Below, one piece after another: positions 10,252-19,789 of a DNA stretch of 26,287 bases; positions within the stretch are counted from its first letter, which is position 1, and every line of letters begins with the position of its first letter. The stretch lies in IMG/VR virus record IMGVR_UViG_2531839144_000012, positions 1 to 26,287 of that record, one strand, 5' to 3'. The DNA is from a virus. Its lineage: Duplodnaviria; Heunggongvirae; Uroviricota; Caudoviricetes. The notes under the pieces are model-generated. The model did not search any database, was not told where the DNA came from, and was given only the letters and a program-made list of their open reading frames with translations. Position numbers and translations under genes: made by a program.

Positions 10252-11576
10252 TGCACTGGCACCTTCAGAGGGATCACCGGCACAAAGCCGGGATGCGTAA
10301 TGGCATTACGCCGGATAATGTCCGCGTCACGCGCCGCATTATCAAACCAGGTCGCCGCCAGCACCAGCGCGGGTAAAACCTCATCCGGCGTGCGCTGAAT
10401 GATCCGTGCAGACTGTTCAAGGCGCGTGTTGATATCCGCATTCAGATCTGCTTTCACCCGGCGCAGCGCCAGAAACAGCGCATCACTGGTTGTACGGGAC
10501 AACTCCTTATCAATTGCCGTATTCAGTGTGTCGCGAATGTCAGTCAGTTCTTCCCACGTCGGCAGGTCAACCGTGCTTTTCACCGCCGGAGCATTGTTCA
10601 GTGCCGGATGCGTGACGGAAGGCCAGTCAGTGCTCTGCGCGGGTGTTGTTGCCTGCCCCACTGCGGCATTCTGCATCACCGCGGAAGTTGTTGGCGCAGG
10701 CAATCGGGTGACGGCATACGCCGCTTCGCTGATTGCGGTCGTACGAAGGGTGCTGGCAACCACATTACGCTGCTGCGTAGCCGTGGCGGTGGTTTTACTG
10801 TCCGTTTTCCAGACGCCGCGCGGTTGCAGATCGCTGCCGAGGCTGACACCGGAAAGCGTTTTGATCATGGTGACCAGGTCGCTGGCGTTACCATAAAGGC
10901 GTTTCCCGGTACGCCACATTTTCTGCACCTGCTCAACGAAATTTTTGCCTGACCATGGCGGCGGCAGAAGTACCGAGATATCCCCCTGCAACAGCCTGGC
11001 GGCATCCGATACGGCAGAATCCACCACTTTCATCGCATCAGAAACATACCCAAGCATTGTGCCGGCATTACCGACGACGTCGTTCTGCACAAAATCTGCC
11101 ACGCCATCGATACTGAAACTACTGAAACTGTCACTGATGCAGTCATCCAGTGCAGAACAGGATGACATCAGCGTCTGCGCCGTCGCCGCACCTGATGTGG
11201 GGTAAGAGAGTTCTCCCGCTTCGACAAACTTCAGGTCAAAGCGGACAATACGCCCTTCACTCTTCGATGTGCTGACCCGAACCTCTCCGTCAACACAGAC
11301 TTTCAGCTCACCGTAAGTCGGATGGACAAGCGTGCCGGGACCGGGTTTATTCAGCGCGTCAATCAGGCGATCGCGCTGGTCAAAGCAGTCATCTCCCACC
11401 ACATAAGCTGTGATGGACGGGCGGAAAGTGATTTTCCCCAGGTCTTCGGTATAGGGTTTGTCGCGGTTCGGGTATTCGTGCGTTTCCACACGACGACCGG
11501 TTCCCGTACTTTCTTCTTCAACCTTAAACGGCACACCGCGAAATGACGCGTCCTGAAGTCTGTCTTTCCACGTCAT
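10248..11576 (-). CDS. Mu-like DNA circulation protein (gp43-like)
   Basis: Start taken at MTWKDRLQDASFRGVPF (ATG 11576..11574, GGAG RBS upstream); immediately downstream of tape measure. Confidence 0.7.
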   Translation of the reverse strand: MTWKDRLQDASFRGVPFKVEEESTGTGRRVETHEYPNRDKPYTEDLGKITFRPSITAYVVGDDCFDQRDRLIDALNKPGPGTLVHPTYGELKVCVDGEVRVSTSKSEGRIVRFDLKFVEAGELSYPTSGAATAQTLMSSCSALDDCISDSFSSFSIDGVADFVQNDVVGNAGTMLGYVSDAMKVVDSAVSDAARLLQGDISVLLPPPWSGKNFVEQVQKMWRTGKRLYGNASDLVTMIKTLSGVSLGSDLQPRGVWKTDSKTTATATQQRNVVASTLRTTAISEAAYAVTRLPAPTTSAVMQNAAVGQATTPAQSTDWPSVTHPALNNAPAVKSTVDLPTWEELTDIRDTLNTAIDKELSRTTSDALFLALRRVKADLNADINTRLEQSARIIQRTPDEVLPALVLAATWFDNAARDADIIRRNAITHPGFVPVIPLKVPVQ

Positions 11577-11636
11577 ATAAACTCCGTACATAAAAAATCC
11601 CACCGGAGTGGGACTCATTAACAGATTAATTTTTCA

Positions 11637-13472
11637 TTACCTGCCAAAGCGCGTATAGCCAACATCATGGCTGACATCAAAACCGCTGGATCGCGTTTCC
11701 ATAACCCGCATACCCGGAGGCGAATTCACAAAAGAGACCTTGATCTCACCATCAACTTTTGGCGCAGAAGCTTTGTTGATCATGAAGGGATTCGGGCCTG
11801 TGGCACCGGAGGCGTTGTTTGCCTGAGCCGGATCCACCGCCGGATAAGGAGTGTATCCCCGTGGCGGTATTCCCGTCCCATAAGCATCATAAGCACCCGC
11901 GCCCCACTGCGCCGAGTTAATGGCATCGACCGTGTCACCGGAACTGTCGGTAAACCATTCAATAATCGGCTTCAGCTTGTCCCACATATCCTGAAACCAC
12001 TTAACAACCGGTCCCCAGTTATTGATCACCATCCCCAGCGGCGACCAGGCAAAAACCTTCTTCAGAAGTTCCCAGCCTGCCTCAAAATAAGGACCAATAG
12101 TTTCCCAGAGCTTCTTGAAATAAGGTCCGACAACATCCCAGTTAGTGATAATTAATCCCGCAGCCAGAGCAATCGCCGTCGCAATCATGCCAATCGGCGT
12201 CATCGACATGATCCTGCTGACAATACTGATGGCACCGCCCACGCCCATCAATCCCAGTTTCAGAATCGCAAGACCGGCAGCAAGCCCGACAACGCCGCGA
12301 ATAACCCGGGGATTTTCATCCGCAAACTTCGTGAATTTCTCCCCCAACTCCCCCAGCCACTGCGTGATGTTCTTAGCGTCACCAGAAAATGCGCCGCCAA
12401 TAGCCGCAAGGCCGTTAGTTGCGGTCCCCGTCATTGCCTCCCACAGGTTGGACAGCGTACCAAGCTGGGCCTGAACACGTTTATTCAGGCTGGCCTGTTT
12501 ATTCATCTTCTGCTGGATCTGATCGTAGCCATCCTTTCCTTTATCGATCAGCGCATTGACCACCTGAAGGGTTTCGGCATCATCACCAAATATTGCCTTA
12601 AGTACACCTGTTCGCTTAACGTCGGTCAGTTTTCGCAGCTTTGCCAGTTGCCTGAACATGTTATCAAGACCGCCAAAACTTCCTTTGCCGTCAGTAAAAT
12701 CGAGCTGTACCCCGAGTTTCTGGCGGGCCATAACTTTATTAACGTCCCTGATTTTCTTAACGCTTAATCCGGACTGGATAACTTTTCGCAGGGCATTACC
12801 TGCCGACTCCCCGTTCATCCCCATCTGATCCATCATGACGCTGATGGGGGCAAGGCTCTGTGCAGCCTGAAGACCATCCTTGTTCACCATCTTCAGAACA
12901 GAACTGGTTTTAGTGAAGAAGGACAACATGTTGGTATCGTCAACGCCCAGATAAAACGCCTTCTGGATAGTGTCGAACAGCCCCATCATGTCTTCTGACG
13001 CCGTTCCGGTAGCATCCTGCATCTTTGCAGCAAACTCAGCAGCCGCTTCCGGTGTTTTTTTCAGTTGTACCGCAAGATAAGCTGTCGCTTTACCCACACC
13101 ACCCAGAATGTTTTCTGCCGGGATCCCCTGACGCACCAGCATCTGCATCATGTTCTGGAAATCAGCCGTTGTACCAGGTAGCTGGTTACCCAGGCCAATA
13201 GCCAGTTTATTGATGTCCTGAAAGCTCTTTCCAACCTCGCCGTTCGCATCCATCATGGCAACTTTCAGCCCGGTGGCGGCGTTTTCCTGATCGGCATAAG
13301 ATTTCAGGGAAAGCGTCAGACCCGCTGCCAGTCCGCCACCAAGCGCCAGCCCACCCTGTGACGCTTCTTCCGCCTGGCGTTTAAATCCCCGGATTTTCTT
13401 TTGCATTTTCGACAGCGCGGGAGAAAGCCTGTCGACACCGGTGATCAACGCCTTAAGCTCAAATTCAGCCAT
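11637..13472 (-). CDS. Tail tape measure protein
   Basis: 611-aa ORF with Ala/Gly-rich helical repeats and C-terminal hydrophobic segment, downstream of tail chaperone. Confidence 0.85.
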   Translation of the reverse strand: MAEFELKALITGVDRLSPALSKMQKKIRGFKRQAEEASQGGLALGGGLAAGLTLSLKSYADQENAATGLKVAMMDANGEVGKSFQDINKLAIGLGNQLPGTTADFQNMMQMLVRQGIPAENILGGVGKATAYLAVQLKKTPEAAAEFAAKMQDATGTASEDMMGLFDTIQKAFYLGVDDTNMLSFFTKTSSVLKMVNKDGLQAAQSLAPISVMMDQMGMNGESAGNALRKVIQSGLSVKKIRDVNKVMARQKLGVQLDFTDGKGSFGGLDNMFRQLAKLRKLTDVKRTGVLKAIFGDDAETLQVVNALIDKGKDGYDQIQQKMNKQASLNKRVQAQLGTLSNLWEAMTGTATNGLAAIGGAFSGDAKNITQWLGELGEKFTKFADENPRVIRGVVGLAAGLAILKLGLMGVGGAISIVSRIMSMTPIGMIATAIALAAGLIITNWDVVGPYFKKLWETIGPYFEAGWELLKKVFAWSPLGMVINNWGPVVKWFQDMWDKLKPIIEWFTDSSGDTVDAINSAQWGAGAYDAYGTGIPPRGYTPYPAVDPAQANNASGATGPNPFMINKASAPKVDGEIKVSFVNSPPGMRVMETRSSGFDVSHDVGYTRFGR

Positions 13473-13647
13473 GTGTGCGTTTCTCCTGCTCTATCCTGTT
13501 TGCCTGACTGACCAGTAAGGGAATTTCACTGATCGGCATATTCAGCAATTCGAAAGGATTAATGCGCCAGTAGCTGGCGCAGTCAAAGAAGCGATCAGTG
13601 AGGTATTCAGCCGTCAGGCCTGGAGGAAAAAACCAGCCACAAGCCAC
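13465..13647 (-). CDS. -1 frame extension of tail assembly chaperone (frameshift product analogous to P2 E+E' / lambda GT)
   Basis: Open in -1 frame from slippery heptamer T TTT TTC (minus strand, plus coords 13626-13632) through to tape measure start. Confidence 0.5.
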   Translation of the reverse strand: MACGWFFPPGLTAEYLTDRFFDCASYWRINPFELLNMPISEIPLLVSQANRIEQEKRTHG

Positions 13648-13883
13648 GCCGCTGCATTCAGGTCTGCCGGAGACATCTGGTCGACAGAGCTTTGCGGCAC
13701 TTTCGCCAGCCGCACAATGTATTTCGACACCACATGCGCCAGAAGTTTGACTGACTCATCCTGATTCATCTGGTAGGGATACCCCAGCTCGCGGACATCC
13801 TTCCCGGTGGGCTCATCAAACTCCAGTACGGAGAGTGTCTCGCCATGAGCAGTAATCGGTTTCTTTAACTCAAGCTCTTTCAT
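13614..13883 (-). CDS. Tail assembly chaperone (Mu gp41 / P2 E-like), zero-frame product
   Basis: 89-aa ORF between tail tube and tape measure; ends just after a TTTTTTC slippery site. Confidence 0.6.
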   Translation of the reverse strand: MKELELKKPITAHGETLSVLEFDEPTGKDVRELGYPYQMNQDESVKLLAHVVSKYIVRLAKVPQSSVDQMSPADLNAAAWLVAGFFLQA

Positions 13884-14239
13884 TACTGGTAATCCCCTTC
13901 TTCACCGTGGAACTCAAGATCAACCGTACCTTCTTCAGCATTATGGTTCGCTTCGCCGTGCAGCCAGGCAGACGACAGTACATAGACCTGACCGTTCGCC
14001 AGCTCGGCAGTGATGGTCATCTCATCAGACGAGGTGATTTTGTTCACCGGAAAATTCTTCGGCACCTTGAAAGTCCCTTTGACATAAGGCGCACGGTGAG
14101 TTTCCTTGCGGTCCACTGAACCGTCTAGGCCGATGATGTCATCATTGACCGTCCTGTTCATGGGCACCTCAATGCCGCCGGTCAGCGATAGCTGTTGACC
14201 GTCAATTTTGAAATAACAGGTTCCCCCGATACGGGCCAT
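13883..14239 (-). CDS. Tail tube protein (Mu gp40-like)
   Basis: 118-aa ORF immediately downstream of sheath gene, stop/start overlap. Confidence 0.7.
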   Translation of the reverse strand: MARIGGTCYFKIDGQQLSLTGGIEVPMNRTVNDDIIGLDGSVDRKETHRAPYVKGTFKVPKNFPVNKITSSDEMTITAELANGQVYVLSSAWLHGEANHNAEEGTVDLEFHGEEGDYQ

Positions 14240-15735
14240 TATGCAGACTCCTCTGAATACTGAAGACGGAACTGGTTAACCACGGCAAAGACACGCAACT
14301 GGTTAACATAGTCAGGCGGGAACAGCGTGTTCAGGCGGTTCGGATCGCTGGCATCACGCTCCACAACCAGGTACTGCTTAAACAGTTCGTAGTTTTCCAC
14401 GATCCCCGCACGCTCAAGCTGACGGTAGGTTGCCAGCAGTTCCCCTTTGATCACCGCCGGGGTGACAATCGCCTGACCGGGACCAAAGCGGGTACCGTCA
14501 CTGGCAAGCTTGTGACGCCCGTACTTACTGGTAATGACGGATTTCAGTTTGCGCAGTACATACGCGCTGGTATGCAGAGTCTCACTGTCTAGGTAGCTGT
14601 TATCCGCAACCCCGTAAGCGTTTTTCCTGTACGTGGTGACATCACGCTGAATGCGCAGTACCCCGCTTTCGACATACGCCGTTGCCACGCCATGAGACAG
14701 CAGGGTCTGTTGTTCGGTCATCGTGAACCGTTTCCCCTTCGGCGCAGGCAGCATACCCACCAGCTCACCGGTCTGCGTGGGACGTGCCGGATCGTTGCGA
14801 ATAAACACCGCTGCGCGGGCGGTACGGCTTGCCGCCAGTTCGTCGGCAGGCGTCTGGGTCTCTTTTTCGTACCCCGCCAGGGTAATGTGCTGCTGGTTAA
14901 ACTGGTCACCTGCGGTCACCAGTTCTGACAGCGTGCCGATCTTTGCCGTATACACATGACCATACAGCTGACGCGCATAGCTCCAGCGACCGCTGGTATC
15001 GTTCATCTCGGTCACCAGCGTGTTAACGGAGGCCGTGTCGTTGAACGGCAGACCGATATAATCAAACGGCTCATCCGCCATTGCAGCCACCGCGCCGGTG
15101 AGAACCGGAGCACCCGTTCCGGCGGTACCCGTCGCCACGGCAATCTGTACGCCCGCTGGCAGCACTTCGCCCCCACCGAAGCCGTAGTAATTGAGGCTGA
15201 CAGGAATTTCATTCCCGCAAAGCCCCTTATGACGCGCGGTCAGTGTGACCACGCCTGCCGAAGATGAAGCCGTAAACGGCAGGGCCGGAACGGCATTGAT
15301 GGCATCTTTGATACTGCTGGCAATCGTCGTGACGTTATCGCCGTTGGTCACCGGAGCCTGCACGCGGGTACGTCCCACATAGACATTCACCGTGCCGGTT
15401 TCGGTTGCCGCCCCGGTCACCGTCAGCGTAACCGTTGCCGCCGCGCCTGTGGATTCAGGAACGGCAATCACATACAGCTCGCCAAACGGGTCGGTCTGGC
15501 GATAAGCCTCGACCATACGCGCCAGCTGACTTCCCGCACCACAAATCTGGCGTGCATAGTCTGCCGACGACATCAGTACCAGACTGTTGGCAACAATCTC
15601 TGCACCGTTATTGGCGTGACCAATCAGCAGCGATGCTCCGCTGTCCTGTGCAGTATTCGCCGCCTGGTTATCCATTTCCGCATAAAACAACGGAACCAGC
15701 GTATTCGACGGAATGGTGTTAAAGCTTATCGTCAT
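14239..15735 (-). CDS. Contractile tail sheath protein (Mu gp39-like)
   Basis: 498-aa ORF, size and position typical of sheath; followed by tube and chaperone genes. Confidence 0.85.
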   Translation of the reverse strand: MTISFNTIPSNTLVPLFYAEMDNQAANTAQDSGASLLIGHANNGAEIVANSLVLMSSADYARQICGAGSQLARMVEAYRQTDPFGELYVIAVPESTGAAATVTLTVTGAATETGTVNVYVGRTRVQAPVTNGDNVTTIASSIKDAINAVPALPFTASSSAGVVTLTARHKGLCGNEIPVSLNYYGFGGGEVLPAGVQIAVATGTAGTGAPVLTGAVAAMADEPFDYIGLPFNDTASVNTLVTEMNDTSGRWSYARQLYGHVYTAKIGTLSELVTAGDQFNQQHITLAGYEKETQTPADELAASRTARAAVFIRNDPARPTQTGELVGMLPAPKGKRFTMTEQQTLLSHGVATAYVESGVLRIQRDVTTYRKNAYGVADNSYLDSETLHTSAYVLRKLKSVITSKYGRHKLASDGTRFGPGQAIVTPAVIKGELLATYRQLERAGIVENYELFKQYLVVERDASDPNRLNTLFPPDYVNQLRVFAVVNQFRLQYSEESA

Positions 15736-15889
15736 CGGTATTCACCTTTTTATTCACGCGCCGGATATCACCCGCTGCTTCACGGCGCAGCCAGTAGTTG
15801 TTCTCGTCAACATTTCGCCCTTCGGCGGGCAAAAGGTCGCCGCGGGCAGGGTCAGGAACTGACCGCCCTTTAACAGGTTTGACAAACAT
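15719..15889 (-). CDS. Small conserved protein upstream of sheath (DUF2635-like), 56 aa
   Basis: Hand-translated MFVKPVKGRSVPDPARGDLLPAEGRNVDENNYWLRREAAGDIRRVNKKVNTDDDKL; below the ORF track length cutoff; stop overlaps sheath start. Confidence 0.5.
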   Translation of the reverse strand: MFVKPVKGRSVPDPARGDLLPAEGRNVDENNYWLRREAAGDIRRVNKKVNTDDDKL

Positions 15890-15897
15890 GAGGATCC

Positions 15898-16458
15898 TCA
15901 GGAAGGAAGGGTTATTTCGGTGTGATGTTCGATATCGCCGTCAGGCCCGTTACCGAGATCGAGATAATCAACATCAATCGCCAGCGTTCGCAGTTCATCC
16001 AGACTGTTCAGCTCATCCTGCTGGCGGGTATCGTCTTCGGTCAGCTCGCTGATGACCGAAAAATCGAACTGATAAATCAGCTCATGACGATTCAGATCCA
16101 GCAGCGTGCCGCCGTCATAGGTAATCGGGTTACCGCACGCTTCCGGGTTCCAGCCCAGAAGGGCCTTAAAGAGCATCTGCCGGACTTCGTCCACCACATC
16201 ATACGAAGCAAACTGACCGCGCTCATCACGTCCGTTACTCAGTATGACAACCACGGAGAAGCCCTCTTTCAGCTCCTGCCAGTAGTCGGTCTGGCTTTTG
16301 TTTTCTCCCGGAGAGTCATCACCCGGTACCACATACGCCGCCGGGAGTCTCAGCTTTCCGACCTCCGGCAGATTTTTGAACTGTGCCGCGCCTGCCACCC
16401 GGTTTTCAAAATACGGGCAGCGGGCACGCAGCGCAGCAATAACAGGCGTCAGTTTCAT
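15898..16458 (-). CDS. Mu gp37-like protein (DUF1834-like)
   Basis: 186-aa ORF in conserved position upstream of sheath cluster. Confidence 0.5.
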   Translation of the reverse strand: MKLTPVIAALRARCPYFENRVAGAAQFKNLPEVGKLRLPAAYVVPGDDSPGENKSQTDYWQELKEGFSVVVILSNGRDERGQFASYDVVDEVRQMLFKALLGWNPEACGNPITYDGGTLLDLNRHELIYQFDFSVISELTEDDTRQQDELNSLDELRTLAIDVDYLDLGNGPDGDIEHHTEITLPS

Positions 16459-16961
16459 CTGCGTCGTCGCTCCGGCTTCAGTGATTTACGTAATTCCCGC
16501 GCCAGAAAATAGCGTGTCCAGCTGCGGTTCTTTTCAAGCGTTTCCACCATAAAGTTATTACGTGGAGCCAGCCGCCAGCCGCTGCCACCGGATGCACCAC
16601 GATGATGACTACGACGACGTTTTGCTCCTCCCCGGACACCAAAAAACAGAAACGCCGGATAGAAGTCACCAGAGATCATCCGGTTCCCCTTCCCGTTGCG
16701 CTGGTTAGGGGCAATGCGTGTCATAAAACCAGGGCGATGTTTACTGGCTCTGGGTACCATGTAACCAATCGAACGAGCCAGGCGTCCGGTCTGATAACCG
16801 GGGTTTTCACCCGGTGCCGACCGCGCACGGCGCATCACCAGCCGACGGGCATCACGCATATGACGCTGCCCAATCGTGACAAACGCCCGCCTGACACGGG
16901 CACGGTTAAAGCGCATCTCCGCGGGCTGCTGAACATCAACGTGAAAAAAGGGAGTCGCCAT
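16455..16961 (-). CDS. Arg-rich virion morphogenesis / tail completion protein
   Basis: 168-aa basic protein in head-tail joining region; family assignment uncertain. Confidence 0.45.
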   Translation of the reverse strand: MATPFFHVDVQQPAEMRFNRARVRRAFVTIGQRHMRDARRLVMRRARSAPGENPGYQTGRLARSIGYMVPRASKHRPGFMTRIAPNQRNGKGNRMISGDFYPAFLFFGVRGGAKRRRSHHRGASGGSGWRLAPRNNFMVETLEKNRSWTRYFLARELRKSLKPERRRR

Positions 16962-17346
16962 TGCTGCCTCCGTGACTCTGCGTAAATTCGCCCAGTTCCG
17001 TACACTCCAGCAGCAGAAAGCGCCGCGCCCCGTTCAGATCGCGCTGACGTTTCACCCGGTACACACTGTCATCACAGACCACCTCATAATCAGCAGTGAT
17101 CCCCCGGCGGTAGCGAATGGTGATGTAATGGGTGATGGCGTCTCCGGTCTGCGCGGTTTCCTGCCAGGTGGTGGCACTGGTCTGGATAACCTTCGCCCAT
17201 GCCCGGAACGCAACCGGGTATTGAGGCTCCACGCCAAAGTTATCCGCGGGCATATCCACCCGCTGTCGGATCAGGACGCGTTTATTCAGTTCGCCGGGGT
17301 CCGGCAGAATGTAGGTTGCGCTGGTCTGCGCCTGACGAATTTTCAT
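16936..17346 (-). CDS. Head-tail adaptor (head closure) protein
   Basis: 136-aa ORF downstream of connector gene; sequence features (IRYR motif) recall head-tail joining family. Confidence 0.55.
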   Translation of the reverse strand: MKIRQAQTSATYILPDPGELNKRVLIRQRVDMPADNFGVEPQYPVAFRAWAKVIQTSATTWQETAQTGDAITHYITIRYRRGITADYEVVCDDSVYRVKRQRDLNGARRFLLLECTELGEFTQSHGGSNGDSLFSR

Positions 17347-17666
17347 TGCGGAAAGTACCTGTACGGGCCGACAAGCCAGCCAAAACTCTGCGGCATGTCG
17401 AGTTTCTCTACTTCCGTAACCGACGAGCGGTTTTCGTAAAAATGGCTGATAAGCATCAGCATCCCCAGACGAATATCATCCGGCAGGTACAGCCCGTCCG
17501 GATCGCTGTCCGGAATGGTTTCATCCGGTGCATAGAGCTTCCGGTTCAGATACGTTTCCGTCCGCTTTTGCGCCGCACAGGCCAGCAGTTGCAGATGGCG
17601 GTCATCAGCATCGAAATCCTCATCCAGCCGGAGTTGGGCTTTAATCTCTTCCATTGTCAGAAGCAT
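17343..17666 (-). CDS. gp6-like head-tail connector protein
   Basis: 107-aa ORF with N-terminal EEIKAQLRLDEDFDADD typical of gp6-like connector proteins. Confidence 0.6.
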   Translation of the reverse strand: MLLTMEEIKAQLRLDEDFDADDRHLQLLACAAQKRTETYLNRKLYAPDETIPDSDPDGLYLPDDIRLGMLMLISHFYENRSSVTEVEKLDMPQSFGWLVGPYRYFPQ

Positions 17667-17668
17667 AC

Positions 17669-17869
17669 TCAGCCCTCTTTACTGGTCGTGGCTTTTTTCT
17701 CTTTTGCTGCTTTACTGCTTTTTGCACTGGTTCCGCGCTCTGCTAAACCGGCCTGAAGTGCAATCTCCTGCACCCGGGCAGGAAGCGCCCCGTCGTCATA
17801 CTCACCGGCCCGAATGACCTCAACACGCATACCGTCCGGTGACCATTTCAGATCTTGTTTCAGGATCAT
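17669..17869 (-). CDS. Small hypothetical protein downstream of major capsid gene
   Basis: 66-aa ORF in operon context only; Lys-rich C-terminus. Confidence 0.35.
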   Translation of the reverse strand: MILKQDLKWSPDGMRVEVIRAGEYDDGALPARVQEIALQAGLAERGTSAKSSKAAKEKKATTSKEG

Positions 17870-17918
17870 GATTCTTCACCCGTCAGAACAGGGGGCGCGG
17901 TTCCGCGCCCCTGAATGA

Positions 17919-19124
17919 TTACGCCGCAGCAATCTTCAGCAGTTTGATGGCCTGCGAATCGACCAGCATCCCGCCGGTGCGCTTGGTGGTATAAAAACCG
18001 ACAAACGGTTTATTGGTGTACGGGTCACGCAGAATGCGGGTGCCGATACGGTCAACGATGGTGTAACCCCGTTTGAAGTTACCAAATGCAATGGCTTTCG
18101 CATCAGCGGCGATATCCGGCATCTGCTCGTTTTCAGCGATACCGTAACCCGCCAGAGAGGACGGCTGCCCCAGTTCCAGCCCCGGACGCCACAGATAGTT
18201 ACCCTCGCTGTCTTTAAGCAGACGGATGGCAAAAAGGCTGTTGTTGTTCATCATGAACTTCGCGCCAGTGCGGTGTGCCTTACGCAGCGTGTAAATCAGT
18301 TTGATAATGGCGTCTGCGGTCACCGCCGTCGCTTCGCCGGATACAATATGCTGAAGTTTGCCGAACGCCCGGACCTTATCGGTTTCATCAGTGGATTCAT
18401 ACGCCAGGAACCCTTTCGGCTTCTTGGTACCATCGCCGGTGGTAAAGGCAATTTCTTCCTGTTCAGCAAACTCGGTTGCCAGCTCGCTGTTGATCCAGGC
18501 CTCCACGTTGAAGAAGGCATCGTCCAGCATTTTCTGGGTAGCCTGCGGGTTGCCGTAGATTTCCCCCATGAGAGGTTCAATCAGCTCCAGTCTGGAGGTG
18601 GCAGTCTGGGATCGCGTATCCGTTTCCCCCACCCATCCGGAAGCCGTGCCGCCCAGATTCACCAGTTTTTTGTAGTCGGAACCGCCAACGGTGATCACCG
18701 TGGCTTCCTGACGCATCACCACTTCATCTTTCAGCAGGTTGAGAATGTTGCGATCCAGTTCTTCCGGCACGGCGTAGCCACCGTCTTCATCGGTGCCCAC
18801 CTGCAATGCCTTACGCTCCAGATCGCGCAGACCATCTTCACGGCCTTTACGCAGGAAGCCCACAAAAGCCTCTTTATGCTCAGTGGCCAGTTTATTTTGC
18901 ACACCACCTGCCGGACGTTTCAGCTCAAGCAGCTCTTTTTCAAGGTCGCTTTTGAGATTTTCCAGCTCGCTGAGTTTCCCGTTCAGGGTTTCCACCTGCC
19001 CGGCAAGTTTGCCTTTTTCCTGCTCAATCGCATCCACGCGCTTGTCGTTCTTTGCCTTGAAGTCGTCAAACTTCTGCTGCAGCTCCTGCGCGACCTGTTC
19101 GACATCTTTAATATCAACCGCCAT
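17919..19124 (-). CDS. Major capsid protein, HK97 family
   Basis: 401-aa ORF with N-terminal coiled-coil-like delta domain followed by capsid core; follows prohead protease. Confidence 0.9.
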   Translation of the reverse strand: MAVDIKDVEQVAQELQQKFDDFKAKNDKRVDAIEQEKGKLAGQVETLNGKLSELENLKSDLEKELLELKRPAGGVQNKLATEHKEAFVGFLRKGREDGLRDLERKALQVGTDEDGGYAVPEELDRNILNLLKDEVVMRQEATVITVGGSDYKKLVNLGGTASGWVGETDTRSQTATSRLELIEPLMGEIYGNPQATQKMLDDAFFNVEAWINSELATEFAEQEEIAFTTGDGTKKPKGFLAYESTDETDKVRAFGKLQHIVSGEATAVTADAIIKLIYTLRKAHRTGAKFMMNNNSLFAIRLLKDSEGNYLWRPGLELGQPSSLAGYGIAENEQMPDIAADAKAIAFGNFKRGYTIVDRIGTRILRDPYTNKPFVGFYTTKRTGGMLVDSQAIKLLKIAAA

Positions 19125-19138
19125 CGTATTTCTCCTGA

Positions 19139-19789
19139 TTAGAAGTTCAGATTTTTCAGTGCATTCAGTGCAGAGCCCACATCCTCAGCGTCGCGCAGGG
19201 ACAGTGCGCCATAGCCCCCGGCCATGAATGCTTTGGCCTGGGTACGGGAGAGTCCGACATCACGCAGGACTCTTTCGATTTTTTTCTGTTCAGGGATTTC
19301 CCCGCGGGCCAGCGCGTTCTTGACGTCGCTGATCCGCGCCTCGTCGTTAGACGGAAACGTCACCAGACTGACTTCCCAGAGGTCGATTTCTTTCAGCAAA
19401 AAGGCTTCTTTCGTCCGGTCGTATTCCCAGTCTTTCAGGACGTACCCAATAGAAAGGCCGGTTAACGAACCGGCCTTCATGTGTGCATGTGCGCGTTTTG
19501 CCAGGGGATCATCATCAATGAGCAACCGCCCCCTGACGTAAAGCCCGACATCGTCTTCCTTCATTTCGGTGTAAACTCCGATGGGCTCATCCATGCGGTG
19601 CTGCCAGAGCAGCGCAGGTAACGCTTTTCTGTCACTCCATGCCCGCAGGGAAGCAGCAAATGCCCCGGACATCACCACATCATCGTGGCTGTCCTTTACA
19701 CCAAAGACGGAGCCATACCCTTCAAACTCACCGGAGTCACTGACAGATTTCAGACTCAGCGGTACATCAAGACGTTGTTTCGTCTGCAT
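19139..19789 (-). CDS. Prohead protease, HK97 family
   Basis: Start taken at MQTKQRLDVPL (ATG 19789..19787, AAGGA RBS); ORF track start 19825 has no RBS; between portal and capsid. Confidence 0.85.
   Translation of the reverse strand: MQTKQRLDVPLSLKSVSDSGEFEGYGSVFGVKDSHDDVVMSGAFAASLRAWSDRKALPALLWQHRMDEPIGVYTEMKEDDVGLYVRGRLLIDDDPLAKRAHAHMKAGSLTGLSIGYVLKDWEYDRTKEAFLLKEIDLWEVSLVTFPSNDEARISDVKNALARGEIPEQKKIERVLRDVGLSRTQAKAFMAGGYGALSLRDAEDVGSALNALKNLNF

Noticed and set aside
15922-17756. Plus-strand ORFs of 127-196 aa (15922-16512, 16602-16985, 16972-17439, 17199-17756)
   Set aside because: All antisense to well-supported minus-strand head-tail joining genes; Arg/Pro-rich translations typical of reverse-frame artefacts.
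18273-19142. 289-aa plus-strand ORF
   Set aside because: Lies entirely antisense to the HK97 major capsid gene; typical shadow ORF in GC-rich coding sequence.
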